A DNA stretch of 64,000 nucleotides from Mycobacterium sp. Lineage in GTDB: Bacteria; Actinomycetota; Actinomycetes; Mycobacteriales; Mycobacteriaceae. This document shows, in pieces, positions 43,510-54,585 of this stretch (its first letter is position 1; every line of letters begins with the position of its first letter). Made by a program: the position numbers and the translations under genes. The stretch lies in the NCBI RefSeq assembly GCF_039583785.1, contig NZ_JAVKSG010000006.1, positions 5,163-69,162 of the forward strand, written 5' to 3'. Under the pieces are notes generated by a model. It was given only the letters and a program-made list of their open reading frames with translations. It was not told the DNA's origin and made no database searches.

Positions 43510-46500
43510 GTGAGCAGTACGAGTTCACCATTCGGACAGAACGAATGGCTGGTCGAGGAGATGTACCGCAAATTCCGCGACGACCCCTCCTCGGTCGATC
43601 CGAGCTGGCATGAATTTTTGGTCGACTACAACCCCGAATCGATCGGCGAAACTCCGGCTGAGGTACAGCCGACTCCCGCGCCGGCAGCAACTCCCCGGCC
43701 CGCGGTGACTCCCCCGCAGGCCGCACCCCTGCCCGCCGCGTCCGGCAACGGCGCGCCCAGCACCCCGCCGCCCGCGGCCCAGGCTCCGAGGGCACCGGCA
43801 CCCAAGCCGGCCGCCCCGTCACCCGCCGAGGGCGACGAGGTTCAGGTGCTGCGCGGCGCCGCCGCGGCCGTCGTCAAGAACATGTCGCAGTCGCTGGACC
43901 TGCCGACCGCGACCAGCGTGCGGGCCATCCCCGCCAAGCTGATGATCGACAACCGCGTCGTGATCAACAACCAGCTCAAACGCACCCGCGGCGGCAAGAT
44001 TTCGTTCACCCACATACTGGGCTACGCGCTGGTGCAGGCGCTCAAGAGCTTCCCGAACATGAACCGGCACTACGCTGAGATCGACGGCAAGCCGAACTCG
44101 GTCACCCCCGCGCACGTCAACCTGGGTCTGGCCATCGACCTGCAGGGCAAAGACGGCAAACGGTCGCTGGTGGTCGCCGGCATCAAACATTGCGAAACCA
44201 TGAGCTTCGGCCAGTTCGTCACCGCCTACGAAGACATCGTCAGACGGGCCCGCGACGGGAAGCTGACCGCCGAAGACTTTGCCGGCGTGACGATTTCGCT
44301 GACCAACCCGGGCACTATCGGCACCGTGCACTCGGTGCCGCGGCTGATGGCCGGTCAGGGTGCGATCATCGGTGTAGGCGCGTTGGAATACCCGGCCGAA
44401 CTCCAGGGCGCCAGCGCTGAACGCATTGCCGAGTTGGGCATCGGCAAGCTGATCACGCTGACCTCGACCTACGACCACCGCATCATCCAGGGTGCGGAGT
44501 CGGGCGACTTCCTGCGCACCATCCACGAACTGCTTCTCGCCGACGACTTCTGGGACGAGTTGTTCCGCGAGATGGGTGTGCCCTACCTGCCGATCCGGTG
44601 GAGCACCGACAACCCCGACTCGATCGTCGACAAGAACGCCCGCGTGATGGAGTTGGTCGCGGCCTACCGCAACCGCGGGCATCTGATGGCCGACATCGAT
44701 CCACTTCGGTTGGACAAAACCAGGTTTCGTAGCCACCCCGACCTCGAGGTGGTCACCCATGGGCTGACCCTGTGGGACCTCGACCGGGTGTTCAAGGTCA
44801 ACGGGTTCGGCGGCTGGGAGTACCGGAAGCTGCGTGACATCCTCGGTCTGCTGCGCGACGCGTACTGTCGGCACATCGGCGTCGAGTACACCCACATCCT
44901 TGATCCCGAGCAGCTGGCCTGGCTGGAAGAGCGCGTCGAGATCAAGCATGTCAAACCCACTGTGGCGCAGCAAAAGTACATTCTGAGCAAGCTCAACGCC
45001 GCCGAGGCGTTCGAGACCTTCCTGCAGACGAAATACGTCGGCCAGAAGCGGTTCTCGCTGGAGGGCGCCGAGAGCACCATCCCGCTGATGGACGCGGCAA
45101 TCGACCAGTGCGCCGAGCACGGACTCGACGAGGTGGTCATCGGCATGCCGCACCGGGGCCGGCTCAACGTGTTGGCCAACATCGTCGGTAAGCCGTACTC
45201 GCAGATCTTCAGCGAGTTCGAGGGCAACCTCAACCCGGCCCAGGCGCATGGGTCCGGCGACGTCAAGTACCACCTCGGCGCCACCGGCGCGTATATACAG
45301 ATGTTCGGCGACAACGACATTCAGGTCTCGCTGACCGCTAACCCGTCGCACCTGGAAGCTGTCGACCCGGTGCTCGAGGGTCTGGTCCGGGCCAAGCAGG
45401 ACCTGCTGGACAAGGGCGAGGGCGAACGCGGCAACTCGGTCGTACCGATCATGCTGCACGGCGACGCCGCCTTCGCCGGTCAGGGCGTGGTCGCCGAGAC
45501 GCTGAACCTGGCCAAGCTGCCCGGCTACCGCGTCGGCGGAACGATCCACATCATCGTCAACAACCAGATCGGCTTCACCACTGCGCCGGAGTACTCGCGG
45601 TCCAGCGAGTACTGCACCGACGTCGCGAAAATGATTGGGGCGCCGATCTTCCATGTCAACGGCGACGACCCGGAAGCCTGTGTGTGGGTGGCGAGGCTGG
45701 CCGTCGACTTCCGGCAGAAGTTCAAGAAGGACGTCGTCATCGACATGTTGTGTTACCGCCGCCGCGGGCACAACGAGGGCGACGACCCGTCGATGACGAA
45801 CCCATACATGTACGACGTCGTCGACGTCAAACGCGGCGTCCGCAAGACCTACACCGAAGCGCTGATCGGCCGTGGCGACATCTCGATGAAGGAGGCCGAG
45901 GACGCGCTACGCGACTACCAGGGCCAGTTGGAGCAAGTCTTCAACGACGTCCGCGAACTGGAGAAGCACGGCGTGCAGGCGAGCATGTCGGTGGAGTCCA
46001 ACCAGATGCTCGCCGCCGGCCTGGACACCGCGGTCGACAAGACGCTGCTGGCCCGGATCGGTGACGCATTCCTTGAGCTGCCAGCGGGATTCGCCGCCCA
46101 CCCGCGGGTCACTCCGGTGCTGGAGAAGCGCCGGGAGATGGCCTACGAGGGCAAGATCGACTGGGCCTTCGGTGAGCTGCTGGCGCTGGGTTCACTGGTG
46201 GCCGAAGGCAAATTGATCCGGCTTTCAGGGCAGGACACCCGTCGTGGCACCTTCTCCCAGCGGCATTCGGTGATCATCGACCGCCAGACCGGCGCCGAGT
46301 TCACCCCCTTGCAGCTGCTGACGGTCGACAAGGACGGCAACCCGACCGGCGGAAACTTCATGGTGTTCGACTCGCCACTGTCGGAGTACGCCGCCGTCGG
46401 CTTCGAATACGGCTACACGGTCGGCAACCCGGACGCAGTGGTGTTGTGGGAAGGCCAGTTCGGCGACTTCGTCAACGGGGCGCAGTCGATCATCGACGAG

Positions 46501-47214
46501 TTCATCAGCTCCGGTGAAGCCAAGTGGGGCCAGCTGTCCAGCGTGGTGCTGTTGCTGCCGCACGGACATGAGGGCCAAGGCCCGGACCACACCTCCGGGC
46601 GCATCGAGCGCTTCCTGCAGTTGTGGGCGGAAGGCTCGATGACGATCGCGGTGCCGTCCACGCCGGCCAACTACTTCCACCTGCTGCGCCGCCATGCCCT
46701 CGACGGGGTGAAGCGTCCGCTGATCGTCTTTACCCCGAAGTCGATGCTGCGCAACAAGGCCGCGGTCAGCGACATCAAGGAATTCACCGAAAATCGATTC
46801 CGCTCGGTGCTCGAAGAGCCCACCTACACCGAGGGCGTCGGCGATCGCGACAAGGCCACTCGAATGCTGTTGACCAGCGGCAAGATCTACTACGAGCTGG
46901 CTGCCCGCAAGGCCAAGGACAACCGGGACGACATCGCGATCGTGCGCATCGAGCAACTGGCGCCGCTGCCGTTCCACCGGCTCACCGAGACCCTGGAGCG
47001 CTACCCGAACATCAACCAGTACTTCTGGGTGCAGGAAGAGCCGGCCAACCAGGGCGCCTGGCCCCGGTTCGGTCTGGAGCTGCCCGAGCTCTTCGGAGAC
47101 AAACTGACTGGCATCAAACGGATTTCACGTCGTGCCATGTCGGCGCCGTCGTCGGGCTCGTCGAAGGTGCACGCCGTCGAACAGCAGGACATCATCGACC
47201 TGGCGTTCCGCTGA
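43510..47214 (+). CDS. kgd: Multifunctional 2-oxoglutarate decarboxylase/dehydrogenase (E2-E1 fusion)
   Basis: GTG start [19 protein letters not shown]; [43 protein letters not shown]. Confidence 0.97.
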   Translation: MSSTSSPFGQNEWLVEEMYRKFRDDPSSVDPSWHEFLVDYNPESIGETPAEVQPTPAPAATPRPAVTPPQAAPLPAASGNGAPSTPPPAAQAPRAPAPKPAAPSPAEGDEVQVLRGAAAAVVKNMSQSLDLPTATSVRAIPAKLMIDNRVVINNQLKRTRGGKISFTHILGYALVQALKSFPNMNRHYAEIDGKPNSVTPAHVNLGLAIDLQGKDGKRSLVVAGIKHCETMSFGQFVTAYEDIVRRARDGKLTAEDFAGVTISLTNPGTIGTVHSVPRLMAGQGAIIGVGALEYPAELQGASAERIAELGIGKLITLTSTYDHRIIQGAESGDFLRTIHELLLADDFWDELFREMGVPYLPIRWSTDNPDSIVDKNARVMELVAAYRNRGHLMADIDPLRLDKTRFRSHPDLEVVTHGLTLWDLDRVFKVNGFGGWEYRKLRDILGLLRDAYCRHIGVEYTHILDPEQLAWLEERVEIKHVKPTVAQQKYILSKLNAAEAFETFLQTKYVGQKRFSLEGAESTIPLMDAAIDQCAEHGLDEVVIGMPHRGRLNVLANIVGKPYSQIFSEFEGNLNPAQAHGSGDVKYHLGATGAYIQMFGDNDIQVSLTANPSHLEAVDPVLEGLVRAKQDLLDKGEGERGNSVVPIMLHGDAAFAGQGVVAETLNLAKLPGYRVGGTIHIIVNNQIGFTTAPEYSRSSEYCTDVAKMIGAPIFHVNGDDPEACVWVARLAVDFRQKFKKDVVIDMLCYRRRGHNEGDDPSMTNPYMYDVVDVKRGVRKTYTEALIGRGDISMKEAEDALRDYQGQLEQVFNDVRELEKHGVQASMSVESNQMLAAGLDTAVDKTLLARIGDAFLELPAGFAAHPRVTPVLEKRREMAYEGKIDWAFGELLALGSLVAEGKLIRLSGQDTRRGTFSQRHSVIIDRQTGAEFTPLQLLTVDKDGNPTGGNFMVFDSPLSEYAAVGFEYGYTVGNPDAVVLWEGQFGDFVNGAQSIIDEFISSGEAKWGQLSSVVLLLPHGHEGQGPDHTSGRIERFLQLWAEGSMTIAVPSTPANYFHLLRRHALDGVKRPLIVFTPKSMLRNKAAVSDIKEFTENRFRSVLEEPTYTEGVGDRDKATRMLLTSGKIYYELAARKAKDNRDDIAIVRIEQLAPLPFHRLTETLERYPNINQYFWVQEEPANQGAWPRFGLELPELFGDKLTGIKRISRRAMSAPSSGSSKVHAVEQQDIIDLAFR

Positions 47215-47480
47215 TCGCGGCATGCTCGTGCTGCAGGTGGTGGCTGGTCATGCGCCCTTGATCCGGCAGTGCGGGAACGCGTTCGCTTCGTTCCAGATCT
47301 CGCGGCTTCGACGTGACCGTCGACTGCGGCCCGGCAGCCAATGCTGGTGCTGTCACCCCAGCGTGCTCCCGAACGCCGGTGGCGCTTCGATACGCACGCC
47401 ACCAGTGGGACGAGTCAACCGCAATCAAATCCGGCAAGGATCGGCGGCACCAACCGCGTAGTTTGTCACCCCTGCGCGTC

Positions 47481-47498
47481 TGTCATACTTCCGCGATG
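47481..47498 (+). promoter_or_regulatory. Leaderless-type extended -10 promoter of methyltransferase 1
   Basis: TGT-CATACT-TCCGCG-ATG. Confidence 0.6.
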
Positions 47499-48332
47499 GC
47501 CACCGCGAACCGCCTGACCCGTCGCCCACTAGTTCATCGGCTGGTGATAAACCCGTTCGTCTTCCGGGTGATATTCACGTCATTTGCCACCACCCGGTTC
47601 GCCTCTCAGACACGTCTGCTCGGCGCCGATGACTGGTTGTTCTTCAACTACGGATACGAAGAAGACCCACCAATGGGTATCCCGCTGGACGAGGCCGATG
47701 AACCGCATCGGTACTTCATCCAGCTCTACCACCGCACCGCGACCCAGGTAGACTTGGCCGGCAAGAAGGTGCTGGAGTGCAGCTGCGGCCACGGCGGCGG
47801 GGCCTCATATCTGGTGCGCACGGCACACCCGGCCTCTTACACCGGACTGGACCTGAACCCGGCCGGCATCGAGTTCGCCAAGAACCGGCACCACCTGGCC
47901 AACCTGGATTTCGTGGAGGGCAATGCCCAGGCTCTGCCGTTCACCGACGCGTCGTTCGACGTGCTGGTCAACGTGGAGGCCTCGCACCTCTACCCCGATG
48001 TCCCGAAATTCCTGTCCGAAGTGGCACGGGTGCTGCGTCCGGGCGGGCATTTCCTCTACACCGACTTCCGTCCGCGGTCCGAAGTCGCCGAGTGGGAAGC
48101 GGCGCTGGCCAACTCGTCGCTGCGGCAGATCTCCATGTCGGTCATCGACCAGAATGTGCTGCGCGGCAACGAGAAGAACGCGCCTCGCAAGCACGAGCGG
48201 ATCAGCCGGCACGGCGCGGCAATCAGCCGGATCTTTGCCCGCTACGCCAGCGACATGACCGACTGGGCGTTCAACGGCGCGCTGCGCGGCGGCGAGTACA
48301 CCTACCGCGTGTACTTGTTCACCAAGGACTAG
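47496..48332 (+). CDS. SAM-dependent lipid O-methyltransferase, Rv2952/Fmt family (copy 1)
   Basis: [46 protein letters not shown]-terminal YLFTKD. Confidence 0.88.
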   Translation: MATANRLTRRPLVHRLVINPFVFRVIFTSFATTRFASQTRLLGADDWLFFNYGYEEDPPMGIPLDEADEPHRYFIQLYHRTATQVDLAGKKVLECSCGHGGGASYLVRTAHPASYTGLDLNPAGIEFAKNRHHLANLDFVEGNAQALPFTDASFDVLVNVEASHLYPDVPKFLSEVARVLRPGGHFLYTDFRPRSEVAEWEAALANSSLRQISMSVIDQNVLRGNEKNAPRKHERISRHGAAISRIFARYASDMTDWAFNGALRGGEYTYRVYLFTKD

Positions 48333-48382
48333 AAGCGCCCCGGTACGCTGAAAACTGCTGCTAGACAAATAGAAGGGGTGAC

Positions 48383-49750
48383 ATGGCAACGGCGACGACC
48401 GACCCGGTGCGGCTGCCGCCCGCGCTGCGGTTGCCCAAGCTCGTCACGAGCGTGATTTTCCTGACGTCGCTGCAGTACTCCGTCGCGCCATGGCTGAGTC
48501 GGCACTACGGTGGCCCGTTCACGATCAACCTGCCGCTCTTCGGTAAGACGATCGTCATCCACGACCGCGACATCGTCAAAGAGGTGTACAGCACCAGCTT
48601 CGATCTGATCGAACGCCCGACCAAGATTCTCGGGCAGGCGTTCGGGCCCGGCTCGACCTTCAGCCTGCTCGGCAAGGAGCACTCTGAGCGGCGAAAGCTG
48701 GTGCTGCCCAACTTCTCTGGCAAACGGGTGAAGAATTACGAGCGCATCGTCGAAGACGAGGTGCTGCGCGAAACCGCGAACTGGCCGCAAGGCCAGGAGT
48801 TCGAGACGCTGGAGACGATGACCCGGCTGACGCTCAACGCGATCATGCGGGCCACGTTCGGTGAGCGCGCCGACGCCTTGGACGAACTTCGCATCGTGAT
48901 CCCGCCGCTGATCACACTAGGCTCGCTGATGCAGCGGATGCCGCTGATCGTGCGACGCGAATACGGTCGCTGGAGCCCCGGCGGCAAGCTGGCGGGTTAT
49001 CGGCGGCGGTTCGACGAGGTGATCAACGAACTCATCGCCGAAGCGCGCGCCGAGTCGTCACTGGACGGTCGCACCGACATGCTCGCGCTGCTGCTGCAGG
49101 CCCGCTACGAAGACGGCCGACCAATATCGGATCGCCACATCGCCGACGAGCTACTCACACTCGTCGCGGCCGGCCACGAGACCACCGCTTCGCAGTTGGC
49201 GTGGGCCGTCGAGCGCTTGCGCCGCCATCCCGACGTGATGACGCGACTCGCCGAGGAAGTCGACGCGGGCGGATCGGACCTGCGACAGGCGACGATCTAC
49301 GAAATCCAGCGCGTCCGGCCGACCATCGCGGCGTCGCTGCGCACCACCAAGACCAAAGTTCGGGTGGGCGATTGGGTTCTCCCCCCGGACACCGCGATCA
49401 TGGTCGATTTCCAGCTCGCGCACGAGTCGGACGTCAACTACACCGACCCGGAGGCGTTCAACCCGGACCGATTCATCGGCAACCCGCCGCCGTCGTTCCG
49501 CTGGGTGCCGTTCGGCGGCGGCATAAACCGTTGCGTGGGAGCGTCTTTCGCTCACATGGAGATGGACGTCACGCTGCGGACGCTGTTTCGTGAATTCCGC
49601 TTCACGCCAACCGATGTCCCGGACGAGAGCCGCAACTTTCGCGGCGTGGCCATCGCCCCGGGCAAGGGTGCACGCGCGGTGGTCTACCGTCGCACCGACG
49701 CCGCGGCGAAAGATCGGGACGCGGTCTCGGTCTCCGACCGCAGCAGCTGA
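48383..49750 (+). CDS. Cytochrome P450, CYP138-like
   Basis: VRLPPA, ETANWPQG, AGHETTA, EIQR, PFGGGINRCVGA. Confidence 0.9.
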   Translation: MATATTDPVRLPPALRLPKLVTSVIFLTSLQYSVAPWLSRHYGGPFTINLPLFGKTIVIHDRDIVKEVYSTSFDLIERPTKILGQAFGPGSTFSLLGKEHSERRKLVLPNFSGKRVKNYERIVEDEVLRETANWPQGQEFETLETMTRLTLNAIMRATFGERADALDELRIVIPPLITLGSLMQRMPLIVRREYGRWSPGGKLAGYRRRFDEVINELIAEARAESSLDGRTDMLALLLQARYEDGRPISDRHIADELLTLVAAGHETTASQLAWAVERLRRHPDVMTRLAEEVDAGGSDLRQATIYEIQRVRPTIAASLRTTKTKVRVGDWVLPPDTAIMVDFQLAHESDVNYTDPEAFNPDRFIGNPPPSFRWVPFGGGINRCVGASFAHMEMDVTLRTLFREFRFTPTDVPDESRNFRGVAIAPGKGARAVVYRRTDAAAKDRDAVSVSDRSS

Positions 49751-49764
49751 CTCGAACGCCTGCC

Positions 49765-49783
49765 TGGCATACTTCCCGGCATG
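49765..49783 (+). promoter_or_regulatory. Leaderless-type extended -10 promoter of methyltransferase 2
   Basis: TGG-CATACT-TCCCGGC-ATG. Confidence 0.6.
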
Positions 49784-50587
49784 CCCACGACTACCGAACG
49801 CGTCACCGACATCGGCTACCGCGGCTACAAGGCCTTCATCAACAAGATCTGGTACCCGTTCCTGACGCGTCGGCTCGACACGCAGGACGTCACCTTCCTC
49901 AACTACGGGTATGAGGGTGACCCCCCACTGAACCTTCCGCTGGACGAGAACGACGCGGCCAACCGGTACTCGATCAACCTCTACAACCAGGTCGCCTCTC
50001 AGATCGACCTCGCCGGCAAAAAGGTGCTGGAGTGCAGCTGCGGCCACGGCGGCGGCGCGTCGTACATCGTGCGGACGTTCAAGCCGGCCGAATACACCGG
50101 ACTGGACTACAACCCGGACGGTGTCGCCTACTGCACGGAGCACCACAAGCTGCCCGGCCTGAATTTCGTACACGGCAATGCCGAGGACCTGCCCTTCGGC
50201 GACAACTCGTTCGACGCCGTCGTGAATGTCGAAGCCTCACATGCCTATCCGACGCTCTCGAAGTTCCTGTCCGAGGTGGCCCGAGTCCTGAAGCCGGGCG
50301 GAAGCCTGCTCTACGCCGACTTCCGCGGCCGCCCCGAATTCCCGGTGTGGAAGGGCGCTCTCGAAGCGATGCCGCTGCGCCAGGTTTCCATGCGGGTCAT
50401 CAACGACGGCGTGATCCGCTCACTGGACGCCAGCGCGCAGCACAAGCTCGACCTGATCAGCGCGCAGCTGCCGAAGTTGTTCCGGCCGTTCGGTCGCCAC
50501 TTCGCCGGCGTACCCGGTACCGGGATCTACAACGTCATCTCCAGCGGTGGCGCGGAGTACCGCATCTACCAATTCATCAAGGACTGA
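49781..50587 (+). CDS. SAM-dependent lipid O-methyltransferase, Rv2952/Fmt family (copy 2)
   Basis: [49 protein letters not shown]. Confidence 0.88.
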   Translation: MPTTTERVTDIGYRGYKAFINKIWYPFLTRRLDTQDVTFLNYGYEGDPPLNLPLDENDAANRYSINLYNQVASQIDLAGKKVLECSCGHGGGASYIVRTFKPAEYTGLDYNPDGVAYCTEHHKLPGLNFVHGNAEDLPFGDNSFDAVVNVEASHAYPTLSKFLSEVARVLKPGGSLLYADFRGRPEFPVWKGALEAMPLRQVSMRVINDGVIRSLDASAQHKLDLISAQLPKLFRPFGRHFAGVPGTGIYNVISSGGAEYRIYQFIKD

Positions 50588-50594
50588 TCGACGG

Positions 50595-52088
50595 TCAGGC
50601 TATCGCGTAGTCCGACATCGGGAATCGGTCCTGCTCCTTCACGGCGCTGCGCACCGATGTCGGACGAAACAGCGGCGCCTCGCCCTTGCCGGTGTGGTTG
50701 CGGAACCAGTAGGACCGCGAGCCAACACAATTGCCGAGCTCGAATGCGGAATCTTTCATCAGCGTGGTCATCCGCTCGAGAAAGCGGGCGTTGGCGTCTT
50801 CGGTGACCTCGAAGGTACGAGCGCCGCACTGCCGCAGCTCACCGAACAGTCGTTCCATGTGCTTCATCTGATATTCCACGGTGTTGAACCAGGACAGGCC
50901 CACCCACGCGTACGGGCTGGCCATCGACAGGAAGTTCGGGAAGCCCGGCATCGAAATACCCTCGTAGGCCTGGAATTGCGTCTCGCGCCACCACTTTCCG
51001 AGGTTCTTGCCGTCGCGTCCGATCACTTCGATCGCGGGCAGGTTGGCCTCCCAGACGTCGAATCCGGTTGCCAGCACCAAGGTGTCGATCAAACGCTTGG
51101 TGCCGTCGTTGGCGACGATGCCGTCGACCTCGATCCGATCGATGCCGTTGGTCTCCAGGTGCACGTGGGATTTGGTGAACGCTCGGTAGAAGTCGTTGGA
51201 TATCGTCGGCCGCTTGCAGCCGAAGTCGAAGTCGGGGTCCAGCTTTCGGGACAGCTCACGGTTGCGCACCAGGAGCAGCCGGTACAGCCTGGAGAACTGC
51301 GAGATGCCCTTGTTGAAAACCTTGAAGTAGCGGTACTTCCACATCGTGAGGACCATGGAGAGTTCGAGGATCGCGTCGGTGTAGGAGCGCAGGAGTCGCT
51401 GAGTGAGCGGGAACCGCGCGAAAACGCGCTGCGCCGCCGGGAAGAACTTCACGTCTAATTTCGGCAGCACCCAGATCGGGGTGCGCTGATACACCGTGAG
51501 CTCGGCGACTTCCTTGGCCAATTCGGGAACGACCTGCACGCCGGTGGAGCCGGTTCCGATCACGGCGGCGCGGCGGCCGGTCGGCGAGAAGTCGTCATCC
51601 CACTGAGCGGTGTGGATGATGCGGCCGCCGAACGTCTCGATGCCGGGGATGTCCGGCATCTTGGGTTGACACAGAAAGCCGGTGGCGGCGATCAGGAACT
51701 GGGTGGTCAACGTCTCGCCGCCGACCAACGTAAGGCGCCACACCTGGGCGTCTTCGTCCCAGCGGGCGCCCTCGACGCAGGTGTTGAACCGCATGAAACG
51801 GCGGACGTCGTACTTCTCGGCCACGTGCACGGCGTAGTTCTTGAGTTCGGAACCCGGCGCGTACATCCGCGACCAGTACGGGTTCGGCTCGAAACGGTAG
51901 GAGAAGGTGGGCGACGGTTGATCGACCGAAAGACCGGGATAGTGGTTGACGTGCCACGTTCCACCCAGGTCGTCTTCGCGGTCGACGATCAGAACGTTCT
52001 CGTACCCCAAGCTCTTCAGTTGGATCGCAGCGCCGATTCCGCCGAAACCCGCCCCCACGATGATCACATCGAACTGCTGGTCATCCAT
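50595..52088 (-). CDS. Baeyer-Villiger-type flavin monooxygenase
   Basis: GAGFGG, GGTWHVNHYPG, type I BVMO fingerprint FGGRIIHTAQWD, GTGSTG, ATGF. Confidence 0.92.
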   Translation of the reverse strand: MDDQQFDVIIVGAGFGGIGAAIQLKSLGYENVLIVDREDDLGGTWHVNHYPGLSVDQPSPTFSYRFEPNPYWSRMYAPGSELKNYAVHVAEKYDVRRFMRFNTCVEGARWDEDAQVWRLTLVGGETLTTQFLIAATGFLCQPKMPDIPGIETFGGRIIHTAQWDDDFSPTGRRAAVIGTGSTGVQVVPELAKEVAELTVYQRTPIWVLPKLDVKFFPAAQRVFARFPLTQRLLRSYTDAILELSMVLTMWKYRYFKVFNKGISQFSRLYRLLLVRNRELSRKLDPDFDFGCKRPTISNDFYRAFTKSHVHLETNGIDRIEVDGIVANDGTKRLIDTLVLATGFDVWEANLPAIEVIGRDGKNLGKWWRETQFQAYEGISMPGFPNFLSMASPYAWVGLSWFNTVEYQMKHMERLFGELRQCGARTFEVTEDANARFLERMTTLMKDSAFELGNCVGSRSYWFRNHTGKGEAPLFRPTSVRSAVKEQDRFPMSDYAIA

Positions 52089-52462
52089 AAGCTAAAGGGT
52101 AGCTTCCTACAGCACCAACGGTGAAACGGCGCCGAACCGTTCGCGCTGTTCGGCGGCTCGGGGCCCGGCCTGCGACGGTGTCAAGGGCGCCCAGCTCGCT
52201 ACCGGTGTGATGATTCCGTAGTCTTCCACCCGGGAGGGTCAACCGGCGGACACGGCATGTGTACTGTCTAATGGGATCTGGCTGTTGGCGGGGCACAACT
52301 CAGCTGGACACGAGCCACCCGGGTTACCTGAGATGTTCACGAGAATGAGGCCGTTCCGTACCAGGTCTTTCATTCTCGCCCGGTAGTCTCATGTTCCGAC
52401 TATGCCCATCGATCGCATGTGCGCGAGCCGCATGCCGAACTGGTCCGGAGGGAGGGCTCAGT

Positions 52463-53557
52463 TTGCCGGTCACGCTGGCGATCTTCGTCGTGCTGGGCAC
52501 CGTCCTCTCGGTGAGCCTGCTGCTAGTGCTCGCCTTTTTCGGCGTGGTCAGGCGCATGAAGCGCAACATGGATCTCAGTGCCGACACCGACTACGCCGCC
52601 ACCCTGACGTCACTGTCGGAAGCTTCGGTGCGTCACTTCAATCCCTACACCGACGTCGACTGGGAAGCGCCGATCTTCTCGGTCACCGAGAACGACCCGC
52701 GCTGGGTGCTCTCCACGTCGGACCCGCTGGGAGGTCATCCCTGGTACCAGGCCCAACCGCTGGACACTCGGGTCACGATCGGCATGTGGCGCCAAGCCAA
52801 CATGGCGAAAGTCGGTACGCAGTTCGAGGGCGTTTTGGTCCGCGGCCTGTTGCACTACGCATTCTGGGTGCCGAACGGCTCCCCCGAGTACCGCTACTGC
52901 CTGCACGAATCCATCGAGGAGTGCAGCCACAGCCTGATGTTCCAGGAGATCGTCAACCGCATCGGCGTCGACGTTCCCGGCATGCCTATCTGGATGCGGG
53001 TGCTCTCGCCGCTGATTCCGCTCTACGCGGGTCCGTTACCGAACGCGTTCTTCTTCGGGGTCTTGGCCGGCGAAGTGCCGTTCGACTACCTGCAGACCAA
53101 CTTGCTGCGCGAACCCGATCCTGGCGCGCTGCACCCGATCATGAGGGACCTGTTCGCGATTCACGTCGCCGAAGAAGCCCGCCACATCTCCTTTGCCCAC
53201 GAGTACCTGCAACGGCGGGTTCCGCGGCTGACGTGGTTCAGCCGATTCTGGCTGTCGCTCTACGTGCCGTTCGTGATGCGGATGCTGGGCCAGGCAATGG
53301 TGGTGCCGCCGCGGCGGTTCTTCCGTCAGTTCGACATCCCCCGCATAGTGCGCAGAGAATTGTATTCCGGTGCACCGGACTCGCGTCAGACGCTACGGAA
53401 CATGTTCGGCGATGTCCGCATGCTGTGCGACGAACTGGGGTTGATGAACCCGTTCGCTCTGGTGATGTGGCGTATTTGCCGGATCAGCGGTCCCGCATCG
53501 CGTTACCGCAGTGAGCCGCCGCGCACCAACGTTTCGGTTTCGGCGAACGCCGCTTAA
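52463..53557 (+). CDS. AurF-family di-iron oxygenase (Rv0885-like) with hydrophobic N-terminal extension
   Basis: FNPYTDVDW, FE, EECSH, LAGE, HVAEEARH iron-ligand pattern; TTG 52463 follows GGAGGG. Alternative starts 52391 and 52556. Confidence 0.85.
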   Translation: MPVTLAIFVVLGTVLSVSLLLVLAFFGVVRRMKRNMDLSADTDYAATLTSLSEASVRHFNPYTDVDWEAPIFSVTENDPRWVLSTSDPLGGHPWYQAQPLDTRVTIGMWRQANMAKVGTQFEGVLVRGLLHYAFWVPNGSPEYRYCLHESIEECSHSLMFQEIVNRIGVDVPGMPIWMRVLSPLIPLYAGPLPNAFFFGVLAGEVPFDYLQTNLLREPDPGALHPIMRDLFAIHVAEEARHISFAHEYLQRRVPRLTWFSRFWLSLYVPFVMRMLGQAMVVPPRRFFRQFDIPRIVRRELYSGAPDSRQTLRNMFGDVRMLCDELGLMNPFALVMWRICRISGPASRYRSEPPRTNVSVSANAA

Positions 53558-53675
53558 ATCCTTTGCCGCATAACTCATCAGGCGTTCGCGCGTGGTGTCG
53601 GGGCATCGACGAGTTCGGGTCGTCGAGTGATGTCCGCGTCACAAAGGCAGGCCACCACAAGCACAGCCGACGCTG

Positions 53676-53693
53676 TGCGATACTTCCTGCATG
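53676..53693 (+). promoter_or_regulatory. Leaderless-type extended -10 promoter of methyltransferase 3
   Basis: TGC-GATACT-TCCTGC-ATG. Confidence 0.55.
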
Positions 53694-54527
53694 GTTCGTA
53701 GCCCTTCATTGGACAACGTCGGCGCAAGTCTCGTCTACCGCATCGGTTCGACGGCGACGTACAAGAAACTCTTCCGGTACTGGTACCCGCTGATGACCAA
53801 GCGGCTGCACAACCAGGACGACGTCCAGTTCCTGAACTGGGGCTACGAGGAGGACCCGCCACTGGGCCTGCCGCTCGACCCCGCCGACGAGCCCAACCGA
53901 TACAGCATTCAGCTTTACCACCAGACCGCCACCCAGGACGGCGTCGACCTTGCCGGCAAAAAGGTTTTGGAGTGCAGCTCCGGCCACGGCGGTGGCGCCT
54001 CTTACCTGTCCCGGACGCTGAAGCCGGCGTCCTACACCGGCCTCGACTTCAATGCGGCGGGTGTCAAATTTTGCAACGAGCGGCACAAGGTGCCGGGTCT
54101 GAGCTTCGTGCACGGCGACGCCGAAAACCTGCCGTTCCCGGACGAATCCTTCGACGCGGTGATCAACGTCGAGGCCTCGCACATCTACCCGCACTTCGAC
54201 CGCTTCCTCAGCGAGGTCAACCGGGTGCTGCGGCCCGGCGGGCACTTTCTGCACGTGGACTTCCGCAACCGAGACAATTTCGGGAACTGGGAGTCGGATC
54301 TGGCGAACTCGGGTCTGCGGCAGGTCTCGTCGCGGGTCATCAACAACGAGGTCCTGCGCGGCCTCAAGAAGAACTCGGCTCGGTCGAACGAGATCATCGA
54401 CACTCGCCTGCCGGCATTCCTGCGCAAGTTCGGCCGCGAGTTTGCCGTGGTCGACGGTTCGTGGTTCTACAACGACCTCGAGCGCGGTGAAATCGACTAC
54501 CGCGCATACCATCTCACGAAGGACTGA
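53691..54527 (+). CDS. SAM-dependent lipid O-methyltransferase, Rv2952/Fmt family (copy 3, closest to Rv2952)
   Basis: [56 protein letters not shown]. Confidence 0.9.
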   Translation: MVRSPSLDNVGASLVYRIGSTATYKKLFRYWYPLMTKRLHNQDDVQFLNWGYEEDPPLGLPLDPADEPNRYSIQLYHQTATQDGVDLAGKKVLECSSGHGGGASYLSRTLKPASYTGLDFNAAGVKFCNERHKVPGLSFVHGDAENLPFPDESFDAVINVEASHIYPHFDRFLSEVNRVLRPGGHFLHVDFRNRDNFGNWESDLANSGLRQVSSRVINNEVLRGLKKNSARSNEIIDTRLPAFLRKFGREFAVVDGSWFYNDLERGEIDYRAYHLTKD

Positions 54528-54585
54528 CGCCGTTGAAGGGCGATTGCCCTTGCGTCGGTAGGTCTGCACGAGGGGGTTTGTCCGC

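Noticed and set aside
43510-47214. E2-E1 fusion and DHRIIQG variant in kgd
   Set aside because: Known feature of actinobacterial Kgd/OdhA.
47215-47480. Short ORFs or an island boundary (att site, direct repeat) after kgd
   Set aside because: No recognisable protein motif, tRNA, integrase or flanking direct repeat found.
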